This document shows, one piece after another, positions 17,990 through 28,440 of a stretch of DNA of 64,000 nt (positions are counted from its first letter, which is position 1; every line of letters begins with the position of its first letter). Where the stretch lies: the NCBI GenBank assembly GCA_012837385.1, contig DURH01000020.1, forward strand, positions 65,972-129,971. The letters run 5' to 3'. This stretch comes from Bacillota bacterium (GTDB lineage Bacteria > Bacillota > Limnochordia > Darwinibacteriales > Darwinibacteriaceae). The position numbers and the translations under genes are program-made. The notes beneath the pieces are model-generated. The model was not told where the DNA came from, ran no database searches, and worked only from the letters and a program-made list of their open reading frames with translations.

Positions 17990-18574
17990 GTGGACAAGGC
18001 GCATCTTTATGTTGTACTGACCAGAACCAACACAGTCATTTCTCGCCTGATCCACCTCGTGACTCGTGATGAGTACACCCATGCTGCCTTGGCGCTGGAT
18101 AGGGACCTCAAGGAAATGTACAGTTTTGCGCGCAAATACACACATAATCCCTTCATTGGACGATTCAAACACGAGAGACTGGACGAGGGTATCTACAGGT
18201 TGGCCAAACGGCTGCCTGGGTTGATTCTAGAGATTGAGGTGGCTGAGGAACAGTATCAGCAAGTGAGCAGGCTCATTCAGGAGTTTGTCGACAACAGCTC
18301 GCGTTATAAATACAACTGTCGTGGCTTAGTTTATGGGCTGCTCAACAAGCCCACTAAGCGCGACGATCGCTTTTTGTGCTCCCAGTTTGTCTATTATCTA
18401 CTCAAGGAAAGCGGAGTCGTGGACTTCCACATGCCCGCCAACTTGGTTAAGCCGCAGCACTTCCTGGATCTGCAGGCCAGGGTTGTCTATCAAGGCGACT
18501 TGAAAGAGCTTCTGGGAACTGCGGGGCAGGGAGGGAGATTTCGCATTAGGCGGTGGGTTAAAAAAACTGGCTAA
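17990..18574 (+). CDS. Circularly permuted papain-like (NlpC/P60-LRAT superfamily, YiiX/DUF830-like) protein; GTG start
   Basis: His-before-Cys arrangement (..YTHAALAL.. then ..DRFLCSQFVYY..). GTG 17990 has a strong RBS GGGGGAGGAG; the upstream 24 codons overlap the cls stop and lack an RBS. Confidence 0.6.
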   Translation: MDKAHLYVVLTRTNTVISRLIHLVTRDEYTHAALALDRDLKEMYSFARKYTHNPFIGRFKHERLDEGIYRLAKRLPGLILEIEVAEEQYQQVSRLIQEFVDNSSRYKYNCRGLVYGLLNKPTKRDDRFLCSQFVYYLLKESGVVDFHMPANLVKPQHFLDLQARVVYQGDLKELLGTAGQGGRFRIRRWVKKTG

Positions 18575-18586
18575 CGCTGACGTTAA

Positions 18587-19441
18587 GTGATGGGGGTGGA
18601 CGCTGTGCAGATTTCCAAAAAAGAGGAAGCGCTGAGGCGCTTTGCAGGAAACCTAGAGCTGTTCCGGTGCCCTATCTGTCAGGAATCTTTTCGGCGCCAC
18701 GAAGAGGGTTTTCGCTGCTTAGGAGGGCATCATTTTGATCTGGCCCGCAGCGGTTACCTGAATCTATATATGGGTTCACAGAGCAGTATTTACGATCGGA
18801 GCCTGTTTGCCGCCAGGCAACAAGTGTTTATGCGGGGAGTGTACGATCCTCTTATTGCTGAGGCTGCTTCTCTGATCCAAAGCCAGTCCGCTGCCCACCC
18901 TGTCATCCTAGATGCTGGCTGCGGGGAAGGCTCCTTTTTGGCGCGCTTGCAGGGGCGGTTCTCGGGCCCTTTGATCGGAGTGGATATTTCTAAGGATGGG
19001 ATTCGTTTAGCCGCTGCTAGCTACCGCTCTGCTATGTGGTGTGTGGGTGATCTGGCCTCTCTTCCTCTGGCCGACTCTTGTACAGACGTTATCCTCAACG
19101 TTCTATCCCCAGCCAACTATGGTGAGTTCCAGAGGGTGCTCAAGCCTGGAGGTATGGTGATCAAAGTGGTTCCTGGGCCAGCCTACCTGCAGGAGATCAG
19201 GGAGCGCCTTCAGGGGAGTGAAGACTATTCCAATGATGAGGTGCTGTCGCTTCTGGAAGAGCGGCTGGAGATAGTGCAGCAGAAGAGCCTGTACTACCGA
19301 GTGCCAGTAGATCAAGGACTGTGGAAGGCTTTGGTGGAGATGACGCCCCTCACCCAGCACCGCAGGGTGGAAGGGCTGCCTCCGAAAACACTCACCGTTG
19401 ATCTGCTGGTTGTGAAGGGTATGTTGGACTTTTCCAGATAA
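18587..19441 (+). CDS. rlmA: 23S rRNA (guanine745-N1)-methyltransferase RlmA-like (N-terminal Zn ribbon plus SAM MTase); alternative GTG start at 18605
   Basis: Zn-ribbon FRCPICQ...FRCLGGHHFDLARSGYLNL; MTase motif I ILDAGCGEGSF. Confidence 0.8.
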   Translation: MMGVDAVQISKKEEALRRFAGNLELFRCPICQESFRRHEEGFRCLGGHHFDLARSGYLNLYMGSQSSIYDRSLFAARQQVFMRGVYDPLIAEAASLIQSQSAAHPVILDAGCGEGSFLARLQGRFSGPLIGVDISKDGIRLAAASYRSAMWCVGDLASLPLADSCTDVILNVLSPANYGEFQRVLKPGGMVIKVVPGPAYLQEIRERLQGSEDYSNDEVLSLLEERLEIVQQKSLYYRVPVDQGLWKALVEMTPLTQHRRVEGLPPKTLTVDLLVVKGMLDFSR

Positions 19442-19531
19442 TATGTAATTCGCCAGCTAGTAAACAAGGGATTGTGGTCATGATGTCGAATTAAGAGATG
19501 AACAAGACTAGGTTGGGGGTAACAGGTCGAA

Positions 19532-20455
19532 ATGCTCGATGACATAGATCTCGGGAGAAGGCAGCGCATCCTTATTGTTGAGGATGTTAAGCTCAACGCC
19601 CAGATACTTGTGAATGTCCTCAAGGATGAGTATGATTTGCGGGTGGCCAACAATGGCGTGGAAGCTTTGGCCATGGTTCGCGAGCAGATGCCTGATTTGA
19701 TTCTGCTCGATATTATTATGCCCGAAATGGATGGCTATGAAGTATGCGCCAAGCTGCAGAGCGATCCCAACACTCGCGATATCCCCATCTTGTTTCTCAC
19801 TGCCTTGGAAGGCGACCAGAATGAGGCCTACGGCCTGGAACTGGGGGCTATGGACTATATCCGCAAACCCTTTACTGTTCCTATTGTGAAAGCAAAAATA
19901 CGCAACCACCTGGAACTGAAGCGCTACAAAGACATCCTTAAGAGGGACAGCAGGGTGGACGGCTTGACCAGGATACCTAACCGGCGTCGTTTCGATGAGG
20001 CTTTTGCAGATGAGCGCCAGCGGGCGCGGCGCACCAAGTCGTCTCTAGCTGTGTTGATGATCGATCTAGACCGCTTCAAGTCCTACAACGATGCCTATGG
20101 GCATCTCCAGGGCGACGATGTGTTGAAGCTGGTGGCTAGGACGCTCTACCATGCACTGCAGCGCCCAGGTGATTTAGTGGCTCGCTGGGGAGGGGAAGAG
20201 TTTGCAGTGCTGCTGCCACAGACCGATCTCGAGGGCGCGATACACGTGGCAGAGCGGCTGAGGAATGCCGTGCTCGATTTGGAGATTCCCCATGAGGCTT
20301 CCACGGTTGCCGATGTGCTCACCATCTCCGTGGGGGTGGCTGCTTCCAAAGCCGATGACCCTTCTTCCTATGACATGCTGTTGCAGTGGGCGGACGAGGC
20401 TGCCTATCGAGCCAAAGATCGAGGACGCAACTGCGTAGTTGCCTATGAAGATTGA
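19532..20455 (+). CDS. Response regulator with a GGDEF output domain (PleD/WspR-like diguanylate cyclase)
   Basis: REC domain (ILIVEDV..., DLILLDIIMPEMDG, phospho-accepting Asp); GGDEF domain with an active GGEEF variant (RWGGEEFAV). Confidence 0.85.
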   Translation: MLDDIDLGRRQRILIVEDVKLNAQILVNVLKDEYDLRVANNGVEALAMVREQMPDLILLDIIMPEMDGYEVCAKLQSDPNTRDIPILFLTALEGDQNEAYGLELGAMDYIRKPFTVPIVKAKIRNHLELKRYKDILKRDSRVDGLTRIPNRRRFDEAFADERQRARRTKSSLAVLMIDLDRFKSYNDAYGHLQGDDVLKLVARTLYHALQRPGDLVARWGGEEFAVLLPQTDLEGAIHVAERLRNAVLDLEIPHEASTVADVLTISVGVAASKADDPSSYDMLLQWADEAAYRAKDRGRNCVVAYED

Positions 20456-20490
20456 CCCATCGCACCGCGATGGGTTTTCTGTTTCTTTTG
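20455..20490 (+). terminator. Intrinsic terminator after the REC-GGDEF gene, followed within 20496-20620 by two further bidirectional hairpins
   Basis: 9-bp stem acccatcgc/gcgatgggt then TTTTCTGTTTCTTTT; downstream hairpins ggcgcc...ggcgcc and ggactcc/ggagtcc then TTTCTT. Confidence 0.7.
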
Positions 20491-20622
20491 TCAAGGCAAA
20501 AGCAGCCCCCGTTTGCTGCCAGAATTGGAAAAGGCGCCTTTCAGCAGCGTGAAAAGCGCCTTTTAGAACCTTTTTGGGACTCCCTTTGCGGAGTCCTTTC
20601 TTGATTGGGGTCGTCAAGAGCC

Positions 20623-21477
20623 CTATCCCTTAACAGCACCAGCGGACACGCCCTCGGTGATCTGCTTCCTAAAGAACAGGTAGAAAATTACCATTGGCAC
20701 CAAACCGATGGTTAGGGCTGCGAACTGGCGCCCATGGTCGGAAGCGAGGGGGCCTGAGAATTTGAGGATCCCCACAGGCAGCGTGCGCAGGGCGTCACTG
20801 GAAACTAAGATGTTCACGAGCATAAACTCGTTCCAGACTCCCGACACGTTAAGAATGGCCAGGGTAACACCTACCGGTTTGGCCATAGGGGCGACTATGG
20901 ATGCGAAGATGCGCAGATAGGAAGCGCCATCAATGCGTGCCGATTCCACCACCGAATCAGGGATGGACTTGATAAACTCTGTACAGAGGTAGATGCCCAT
21001 GGGCATTCCCATGCCCACATAGGGGATGAGCACACCCAGCCTTGTGTTATACAGATCCGTGGCCACCGCCATCAAGAAGAGGGGTACCATGATGGACTGC
21101 AAGGTGAGCAGGATTCCGATGACAAAGCTGCCATGTAGGAAGGGCGTGGCTTTGGACCGGATCTTGGCAAAGGCAAACCCGGCCATCATGGAAAATAGGA
21201 TCACCAGGAGTGTGGACAGCGTCGTAAAGAAAATGCTGTTCACAAACAGAGTATCAAACTGTGCCAAGCGCCAGGCGGTGGGATAGTTTTGAAATGTTGG
21301 ATTCCACGGCCAGCCTGTAATATTCAACTGAAACTCGGTGTTGGTTTTCAGCGAGCTGATGAACAACCAGTACAGAGGATAGAGGGCGAGCACAGTAAAA
21401 ATGGCCACCATGACATAGACAAAGATCCTCAGGAGGGGGTGGAAATCTGTTTTTTTGATGCGGTTTGTGTTCCTCAT
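20623..21477 (-). CDS. Carbohydrate ABC transporter permease (BPD_transp_1)
   Basis: Six TM helices; EAA-like loop ARIDGASYLRIFASIVAPMAKP. Confidence 0.9.
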   Translation of the reverse strand: MRNTNRIKKTDFHPLLRIFVYVMVAIFTVLALYPLYWLFISSLKTNTEFQLNITGWPWNPTFQNYPTAWRLAQFDTLFVNSIFFTTLSTLLVILFSMMAGFAFAKIRSKATPFLHGSFVIGILLTLQSIMVPLFLMAVATDLYNTRLGVLIPYVGMGMPMGIYLCTEFIKSIPDSVVESARIDGASYLRIFASIVAPMAKPVGVTLAILNVSGVWNEFMLVNILVSSDALRTLPVGILKFSGPLASDHGRQFAALTIGLVPMVIFYLFFRKQITEGVSAGAVKG

Positions 21478-22385
21478 TCTTCCCGACCTCCAAATCTAGC
21501 TTCAGTAACCCTAACCAGGACAATCAAAGCGAAGCTGACTAAGACCATGAACACGGAGATGGAATTGGCAAGCGGATAGTTGGGCGAATGCCTAAAGGCC
21601 GTGTCATACATGTATAAAGCCAGCACCGACGTTCGTCGTGCCGGATTTCCTCCGGTCATGGCATAGACCAAGTCGAAGCTTTTCAATGACCCTGAAATGG
21701 CCAAGATGCATGCAGTAACAATAACGCCAGAGAGGGCAGGGAGGATGATCTTGGTGAGGACCTGCCATTCCGTAGCCCCGTCGATGCGGGCCGCCTCTAT
21801 GAGAGAGGGGTCGATTTTCTGAAGGTTAGCCAAGAAAATGATCATGTAGGTGCCTGTATACATCCATAGGATGACAAACAGGACAGGGATAATCGCCCGC
21901 TGGGGGTCATAAGCTAGTTCATTCTCCCAACCCGGCTGAAATCTCTGCATAAACTTGGTGAAAGGACCATACGGCGAAAAGAAAGACTGCCACAGCCTGC
22001 CCACGACGATGGTTGAGATCACGCAGGGCAGGTAGATAATGGTTTGGAAGAAGTCACCGAATTTGATCAATTTGCGGTGTATTACATACGCAAATAGGAA
22101 ACCCAGAGGTATTTGGCCAAAGACCGATATAGCCATAATAAGGCCGTTGTTCTTAAGGGAAATCCAGAAATATCTGTCTTCGAACATGCGCAGATAGTGC
22201 TTAAGTCCGACAAACTGAATGTTAGGATTACCAAAGATAACGCCACCGTTGTAATTGGTTAGACTCAGTCCCAAAGAAAAAACTGTGGGGAACGCCATAA
22301 CCGCCCAGTAGACTAATACTCCAGGCAGAACCAGCAGGAGGTAGGCACGGCGCTCTTCTGTCCACCATGCTAGGAATCTTTTCAT
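21474..22385 (-). CDS. Carbohydrate ABC transporter permease
   Basis: Six TM helices; EAA loop AARIDGATEWQVLTKIILP; 4-nt overlap with the downstream permease; RBS AGGAGGGAAG. Confidence 0.9.
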   Translation of the reverse strand: MKRFLAWWTEERRAYLLLVLPGVLVYWAVMAFPTVFSLGLSLTNYNGGVIFGNPNIQFVGLKHYLRMFEDRYFWISLKNNGLIMAISVFGQIPLGFLFAYVIHRKLIKFGDFFQTIIYLPCVISTIVVGRLWQSFFSPYGPFTKFMQRFQPGWENELAYDPQRAIIPVLFVILWMYTGTYMIIFLANLQKIDPSLIEAARIDGATEWQVLTKIILPALSGVIVTACILAISGSLKSFDLVYAMTGGNPARRTSVLALYMYDTAFRHSPNYPLANSISVFMVLVSFALIVLVRVTEARFGGREE

Positions 22386-22458
22386 GGGTCTTCCCTCCTT
22401 AAGGGAAAGGGGTAGGCTCGAAAACGAGCCTGCCCCTCTGTAGTAGATAAGGTTGTGG

Positions 22459-23769
22459 CTATTTTTTCGCTCTCCAGGATTCCAGAGCTTCTTGGACGCG
22501 CTCTGCCACTTCCATCGGCGTGGCTAAGCCGAGGCCGATTTCCTGCAGGCCTACGTTGAGCGGCAGGTAGACTTCGCCTTCTAGGGCGTTGTCGAGAACT
22601 TCTGTGTAGACTTCGATGTCTTCATAGTAGCGAATTCTCTCAAGTACCAGGGGTTCCAGCTTGTCGGAAGTGACGTCGATGCGGCTGGGGATGGTGCCCG
22701 CAGTCTCGAGGCGCATCTTCTGGACTTCTGGTCCTTGCAGCCACTTGATCAGTTCCCAAGCCGCTGCTTCTTTAGCGGAGCCATCAGGAATCTTGGCGTT
22801 CATACCAAAACCTACACCCACAACACCAGACGAAGACTTCTTGTTGATTTCGCCTGGGATGGCGGGGAAGATGGTCATCTTGAAGTCAGGCTGCTTGTCA
22901 ACGGGGATCAAAGCCTCGCCAGTGGTTACGTCGGTGAGGAAGTTAGCTGTTTTCCAGTCGCCGTCAACCATGAACGGTGCCCGGCCAGCGGCAAAGAGGC
23001 CGTTGATCTCAGAGTAGTTGATGTTCATGATCTTGCGATCGAGAACGCCGTCCTTGTACATCTGGGCGTAGAACTCCAGAGCACCAACGAACTCCGGATC
23101 CGTGAATTTGGCATCGCCCCGGATGATCTCATAGAGTTTCTCATCGCCAACCAAGCGGCCTACGATCATTGAGAACAGGCAGGATTGGATTACCCAGTCA
23201 TCTTGAGCACCCATGAGGATTACGTCCAGGCCAGCGCCCTTGATCACAGGCACCATAGCCACTAATTCTTCATAGGTCTCAGGAATGGACAGGCCAAGGC
23301 TCTCCAGCAGAGGAACGTTGATATAGAGGGCATGGCTGGAGGTCATGGTCTGAGGAAGTTCAGCTAAGTATCCGCCTGCTTGAGGTGCTAGAACGGCTGG
23401 GATGAAGTACTGAGCGTCGTCACCAAGGAGAGGCCGGAGGTCCTTGACCAGACCCAGGGTATGCAGGGACGTGGAACGGCCGCCTGGCCACATATACACT
23501 ACGTCAGGGAGGCGGTCAGCCGCTGCATAGGCTTCTACTTTTTGGTGGAATGCATCTAGGAACAAGTCCTCACGCTCAACAATGATATTAGGATTGCGGC
23601 GGGAGAACTCGCGCCATACTTCTTCCAATTCCCTTTCAGCGCCTGGAGATGTGAGGTCAAAGTAGTTTAGTACTGTAAGCGTGATCTTCTCCTCAGCAAG
23701 GACAGTAGGAACAAAGATTCCTATGGCCACGAGAACAGCTAACAGAATCGATGTAAACTTTCTTAACAT
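22459..23769 (-). CDS. ABC transporter extracellular solute-binding protein (sugar family 1) with a lipoprotein/signal peptide
   Basis: Signal peptide MLRKFTSILLAVLVAIGIFV. Start ATG 23769 has RBS GGAGGAAAGAGA; the ORF-track start at 23802 lacks an RBS. Confidence 0.85.
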   Translation of the reverse strand: MLRKFTSILLAVLVAIGIFVPTVLAEEKITLTVLNYFDLTSPGAERELEEVWREFSRRNPNIIVEREDLFLDAFHQKVEAYAAADRLPDVVYMWPGGRSTSLHTLGLVKDLRPLLGDDAQYFIPAVLAPQAGGYLAELPQTMTSSHALYINVPLLESLGLSIPETYEELVAMVPVIKGAGLDVILMGAQDDWVIQSCLFSMIVGRLVGDEKLYEIIRGDAKFTDPEFVGALEFYAQMYKDGVLDRKIMNINYSEINGLFAAGRAPFMVDGDWKTANFLTDVTTGEALIPVDKQPDFKMTIFPAIPGEINKKSSSGVVGVGFGMNAKIPDGSAKEAAAWELIKWLQGPEVQKMRLETAGTIPSRIDVTSDKLEPLVLERIRYYEDIEVYTEVLDNALEGEVYLPLNVGLQEIGLGLATPMEVAERVQEALESWRAKK

Positions 23770-23867
23770 TCTCTTTCCTCCTAGCTTTTTTGATTGAAAC
23801 AACGGGCAACACTACACGTTAGCTCTGAGACCACCTCCTTTGGACCGCTTTGACTAACAACCCTGCA

Positions 23868-25046
23868 TTATCTGTTAAAAGGTACAGATAATGGGTCAAA
23901 CCATCGATCAATGACCAACCCAGCTGCGCCAAGGAGGTCAGCGTCCTCACTAAAATCCGAACCAGTGATGGTGGTACTGCAGGGAATTCCCGATTGCCTT
24001 AAAATGGCTATGTAATAATTTTGACAATGTTCCACAATATCCTGCTTAAATGTTCCCCAAAAGCCACCAATGGTTATAACATCAAGGTCCAGAAGAATGC
24101 CCCAATGTGCACAGGCTAAAGCCAGTGCTGATGCGGTTTCCCTCACTAGGCGAAGTGCCTGTTCGTCTCTGGAGTGGACGAGTTCTATGAACTGCCCACG
24201 GTCGACTCTTTTTCCCGACATTCTCCCGTAACGAGCTTGCACGTCTCTGAAATAGACATAGGGTTCCAGACAACCCTGCTGACCGCAGCGACAGGGTTCT
24301 CCCTGGGGAATAACTGGGATATGGCCGATTTCACCAGTCATAAAGCGTGAGCCGCTCAACAGCGCCTTGTTGGAGATGATTCCTGCACCGGCGCCTTCTT
24401 CCGTTTTGATGTACATGGAGTTAGCGGCATCCTTAGCTGCACCCAACCACAACTCCGCTAGGGCACAGGCGTTGGCATCGTTCTCGATAAAGACGGGGAG
24501 TTCTAGCTGTGCGCCGAGGATGCTGGCTATCGGAACATCCTCCCAGCCCAAATTGACCGAGCGGATTACTCTTCCTTCTCCTGGATGGCAGATCCCCGAT
24601 ACGGCAACTCCCACTCCAATAATGTGCTCTCGGTTTACTTGTTCTTTTTCAAACATGGCGCTCAAGATTTTGACGGCGTCATTAAGCAGTACTTCAGGCT
24701 GTGCGTTCCAAGCAAGATGTTCCGTGTGCAGAATGCTTCCTTTCAGATCCAGCAGTGCAGCGCAGCAGTCGTCGCGCAGCAGCTTCAGGCTTGCTATGTA
24801 CAGCTTGCTGTGGTCGATGTGGAGGTAGATGGGCTTTCTACCGCCTGTCGATTTGCCGGCTCTTCCCTCTAGGACGATACCCTGTTCCATGAGCTCGGCT
24901 ACGATGCGCGTAATGGTAGCAGGGCTCATCCCTGTGAGCTTGGCCAGCTGTGACCGGGAGCAGCTGCCGTGCTTGTACAGGGTTTGGAGTACAGTGGAGG
25001 CATTGTAGGAGCGTACCAACCGCGTACTGTTGATATGTCGACTCAC
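23868..25046 (-). CDS. ROK-family transcriptional repressor (NagC/XylR-like: N-terminal HTH plus ROK sugar-kinase fold); start uncertain, GTG 25046 proposed
   Basis: HTH LAKLTGMSPATITRIVAEL; ROK motifs including the CxCGxxGCxE zinc site (CRCGQQGCLE). Confidence 0.7.
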   Translation of the reverse strand: MSRHINSTRLVRSYNASTVLQTLYKHGSCSRSQLAKLTGMSPATITRIVAELMEQGIVLEGRAGKSTGGRKPIYLHIDHSKLYIASLKLLRDDCCAALLDLKGSILHTEHLAWNAQPEVLLNDAVKILSAMFEKEQVNREHIIGVGVAVSGICHPGEGRVIRSVNLGWEDVPIASILGAQLELPVFIENDANACALAELWLGAAKDAANSMYIKTEEGAGAGIISNKALLSGSRFMTGEIGHIPVIPQGEPCRCGQQGCLEPYVYFRDVQARYGRMSGKRVDRGQFIELVHSRDEQALRLVRETASALALACAHWGILLDLDVITIGGFWGTFKQDIVEHCQNYYIAILRQSGIPCSTTITGSDFSEDADLLGAAGLVIDRWFDPLSVPFNR

Positions 25047-25225
25047 TAGACTCACCAACTTTTTTCCACTATGAAAACATCTAATTTCATAATAACTCAC
25101 AACACATTTCTTTGCAATACTTTCTTTTCGGTAAAGTAAGATGGAGTTTGGCAGAGGACTCTGGCGGGCAGATGTGGAATAGGCAAGGTAACGCAATTAT
25201 ATCCATTCATAAAAGGAGTAGGTCT

Positions 25226-26746
25226 ATGCTTAAGCTGAGTGGTTCTAACTTAAGCGGTCATGAAGTGGTGAGAGCGATAAGACAGGGTAAAACGTTCTCG
25301 CTAGATACTAAACAGCTGGAAAAAGCGGCAAAGGCCAGGGAGTTGGTACTGCGTCTTTTAGACGAAGGCTCACCTGTATACGGGATCAACACAGGTTTCG
25401 GCAAGCTGGCGGACACTTCCATTTCCCCGGCCAGCGTAGCAGAGCTGCAGCGCAATTTGATTCTGAGCCACAGCTGTGGTGTGGGAGAACCCTTCTCTGG
25501 GGAAGTAGTGAAAACCATGATTATCCTTCGGGCTAATGCCTTGATGAAAGGCCATTCGGGCATTCGGCCTGAGGTGATCAGGCTTCTCGTAGAATTGGTG
25601 AACCAGAATGTGATTCCAGTGGTTCCCAGCCAGGGTTCAGTAGGCGCCAGCGGAGATTTGGTGCCCTTGGCCCACATGTCTGCCGTGCTTATCGGTGAGG
25701 GGGAAGCCTACTATCGGGATCAACGGCTGCCTGGGGCTAAGGCCCTGGAACGGGCGGGTTTAGCGCCTGTGCAGTTGGAGGCGAAGGAAGGATTGGCCCT
25801 GATTAACGGCACTCAGGCCATGACGGCCCAAGCCGTGTTGGCTCTCTATGACAGTGAAATTCTGCTCAAGACTTCTGATGTGGCTTCCAGCTTGACCATG
25901 GAAGCTCTGCATGGGATCCCAGATTCCCTCGATGAGCGAGTGCATGCCCTGCGGGCGCACCGCGGTCAAATGCTCGTGGCGAGTAACCTGCGGAGGCTGC
26001 TGTCTGGAAGCGATTTGGTGTATGGTAGGACTCACCCCCGCATCCAGGACGCCTATTCCCTACGCTGCATACCCCAAGTGCACGGGGCCACCCGTGATGC
26101 CTATAGCTATGTGGAACAGGTGATCAACACTGAAATCAACTCCGTCACAGATAACCCCATTTTGTTCCCTGAGGATGGTCAGGTGATCTCTGCAGGCAAC
26201 TTCCACGGCCAGCCTGTGGCCTTAGCCTTGGATTTTCTCGGCATAGCCCTAGCGGAGTTGGGGAACATCTCTGAGCGCCGGATTGAGCGCTTAGTGAACC
26301 CGCAGCTCAGTGGGCTGCCTCCCTTCTTGACCAGGGAAAGTGGACTAAATTCCGGGTATATGATCGTTCAATACACAGCCGCAGCGCTTGTTTCCGAGAA
26401 CAAGGTGCTGGCCCATCCGGCATCGGTGGATTCCATCCCAACTTCGGCCAATCAAGAAGACCATGTCAGTATGGGCAGCATAGCAGCGCGCAAGCTGGGC
26501 AGCATTTTGGCCAATGTGCAGAACATTGCTGCCATTGAGATCCTGTGTGCCTGCCAAGCCCTGGAGTTTAGTGATCGCAGCCGAATGGCGCCGGCTACCA
26601 GGGCGGTGTATGACTTGGTAAGGAGTGCGGTACCGCCTCTGGAAGGCGACCGCTTCTTAGAACCAGAAATAAAAGCGGTGAGGGATCTGGTCGTGTCTGG
26701 CCAAATCCTCAAGGCCGCAGCGGGCCAAGTCGGACAGGTAGATTAA
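25226..26746 (+). CDS. hutH: Histidine ammonia-lyase
   Basis: MIO-forming ASG triad in SQGSVGASGDLVPLAHM. Start ATG 25226 has RBS AAAGGAG; the upstream in-frame extension lacks an RBS. Confidence 0.9.
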   Translation: MLKLSGSNLSGHEVVRAIRQGKTFSLDTKQLEKAAKARELVLRLLDEGSPVYGINTGFGKLADTSISPASVAELQRNLILSHSCGVGEPFSGEVVKTMIILRANALMKGHSGIRPEVIRLLVELVNQNVIPVVPSQGSVGASGDLVPLAHMSAVLIGEGEAYYRDQRLPGAKALERAGLAPVQLEAKEGLALINGTQAMTAQAVLALYDSEILLKTSDVASSLTMEALHGIPDSLDERVHALRAHRGQMLVASNLRRLLSGSDLVYGRTHPRIQDAYSLRCIPQVHGATRDAYSYVEQVINTEINSVTDNPILFPEDGQVISAGNFHGQPVALALDFLGIALAELGNISERRIERLVNPQLSGLPPFLTRESGLNSGYMIVQYTAAALVSENKVLAHPASVDSIPTSANQEDHVSMGSIAARKLGSILANVQNIAAIEILCACQALEFSDRSRMAPATRAVYDLVRSAVPPLEGDRFLEPEIKAVRDLVVSGQILKAAAGQVGQVD

Positions 26747-26785
26747 GATGTCATATAGATTAGATTTCAAATGGGAGGTCGTTTT

Positions 26786-28429
26786 ATGATCAGAGCGCCG
26801 CGAGGAGCAAAACTGAACTGCAAAGGGTGGCATCAGGAAGCAGCCCTGCGCATGCTCATGAATAACCTGGATCCAGAGGTTGCTGAGCGCCCAGATGACT
26901 TGGTGGTCTACGGCGGGATGGGCAAGGCTGCCCGCAATTGGGAGTGCTACCACTCCATCGTGCGCACCCTGCAGAGCTTAGAGGACGATGAAACCCTGCT
27001 GGTGCAGTCTGGAAAGCCGGTGGGAGTGTTCAAAACTACGGCCCAATCGCCAAGGGTGCTGATCGCCAACTCCAATTTGGTACCTGCTTGGGGCACTTGG
27101 GAGCATTTCCGAGAGCTGGAGCGCAAGGGTTTGATGATGTACGGCCAGATGACTGCAGGCAGCTGGATTTATATCGGCACACAAGGTATTCTGCAGGGTA
27201 CCTATGAGACCCTGGCTGAACTGGCCCATCAGCATTTCGGAGGATCCCTCAAAGGCCGATTGGTGCTTACGGCTGGCTTAGGCGGCATGGGAGGAGCTCA
27301 ACCCCTGGCGGTCACCATGAACGGCGGGGTAGCTTTGGTTGTTGAGGTTGATCCGGAGCGCATAGAGAAAAGACTAGCCACTAAGTACTGCCAGGTTTCC
27401 ACCGATAGCCTCGACGAAGCGCTGCGCCTGGCCATGGACGCCAAGGAAAAGGGCGAGGCCCTGTCCATCGGCCTGTTGGGCAATGCCGCTGAAATTTTGC
27501 CTGAGTTTGTGAAGCGGGGCATCACCCCCGATGTGGTCACTGACCAGACCTCAGCCCACGATCCCTTGAACGGGTACATCCCTGCGGGGCACAGCCTCGA
27601 AGAGGCTGCGCGGCTGAGGGCCGAGGATCCCGAGCGCTACATTCAGCTAGCTAAGGAGTCCATGGGAGTCCATGTACAGGCCATGCTTCAGCTGATGGAG
27701 CGGGGAGCGGTGGTGTTCGACTACGGGAACAACATCAGGCAGCAGGCTAAAGAAGTGGGTGTGGAGAACGCTTTTGCTTTCCCCGGTTTTGTGCCTGCCT
27801 ATATACGTCCCCTGTTTTGCGAGGGTAAGGGGCCCTTCCGCTGGGTGGCCCTGTCCGGTGATCCGGAGGATATTCACAAAATCGATGACAGGCTCTGTCA
27901 GGAGTTCAGTGACAACGAGCGGCTGGTGCGCTGGATCAAGATGGCCAAAGAGCAGGTGGCGTTCCAGGGGCTGCCCTCCCGCATCTGCTGGCTGGGCTAT
28001 GGCGAAAGGGCACGCTTTGGATTGCTCATCAACGAAATGGTGAGAACGGGTGATTTGTCAGCTCCTATAGTGATTGGAAGGGATCATCTCGATGCTGGCT
28101 CGGTGGCATCGCCCCACCGGGAAACGGAAGGGATGAAGGATGGCAGCGATGCCGTGGCCGATTGGCCTATCCTCAACGCACTGGTTAATGCCTGTGCTGG
28201 GGCAAGCTGGATTTCAGTCCACCACGGAGGAGGAGTGGGAATTGGCTACTCCATCCACGCTGGTATGGTTGTAGTAGCTGATGGTACCGATGAGGGAGCC
28301 GCTCGCCTAGAAAGGGTTCTCACTTCTGACCCCGGTATGGGCGTAGTCCGCCATGCCGACGCTGGATATGAGCTGGCCATCAAAACGGCCAGGGAAAAGG
28401 GCATTAGAGTTCCCATGCTGGAAGATTAG
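26786..28429 (+). CDS. hutU: Urocanate hydratase
   Basis: Full-length urocanase with an NAD-binding GGMGGAQP region. Start ATG 26786 has RBS GGGAGG. Confidence 0.9.
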   Translation: MIRAPRGAKLNCKGWHQEAALRMLMNNLDPEVAERPDDLVVYGGMGKAARNWECYHSIVRTLQSLEDDETLLVQSGKPVGVFKTTAQSPRVLIANSNLVPAWGTWEHFRELERKGLMMYGQMTAGSWIYIGTQGILQGTYETLAELAHQHFGGSLKGRLVLTAGLGGMGGAQPLAVTMNGGVALVVEVDPERIEKRLATKYCQVSTDSLDEALRLAMDAKEKGEALSIGLLGNAAEILPEFVKRGITPDVVTDQTSAHDPLNGYIPAGHSLEEAARLRAEDPERYIQLAKESMGVHVQAMLQLMERGAVVFDYGNNIRQQAKEVGVENAFAFPGFVPAYIRPLFCEGKGPFRWVALSGDPEDIHKIDDRLCQEFSDNERLVRWIKMAKEQVAFQGLPSRICWLGYGERARFGLLINEMVRTGDLSAPIVIGRDHLDAGSVASPHRETEGMKDGSDAVADWPILNALVNACAGASWISVHHGGGVGIGYSIHAGMVVVADGTDEGAARLERVLTSDPGMGVVRHADAGYELAIKTAREKGIRVPMLED

Positions 28430-28440
28430 GAGGAAAGTTC

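Noticed and set aside
25112-25225. Upstream extension of hutH
   Set aside because: ATG 25226 has a strong AAAGGAG RBS, and HAL homologues start at MLKLSG-like sequences.
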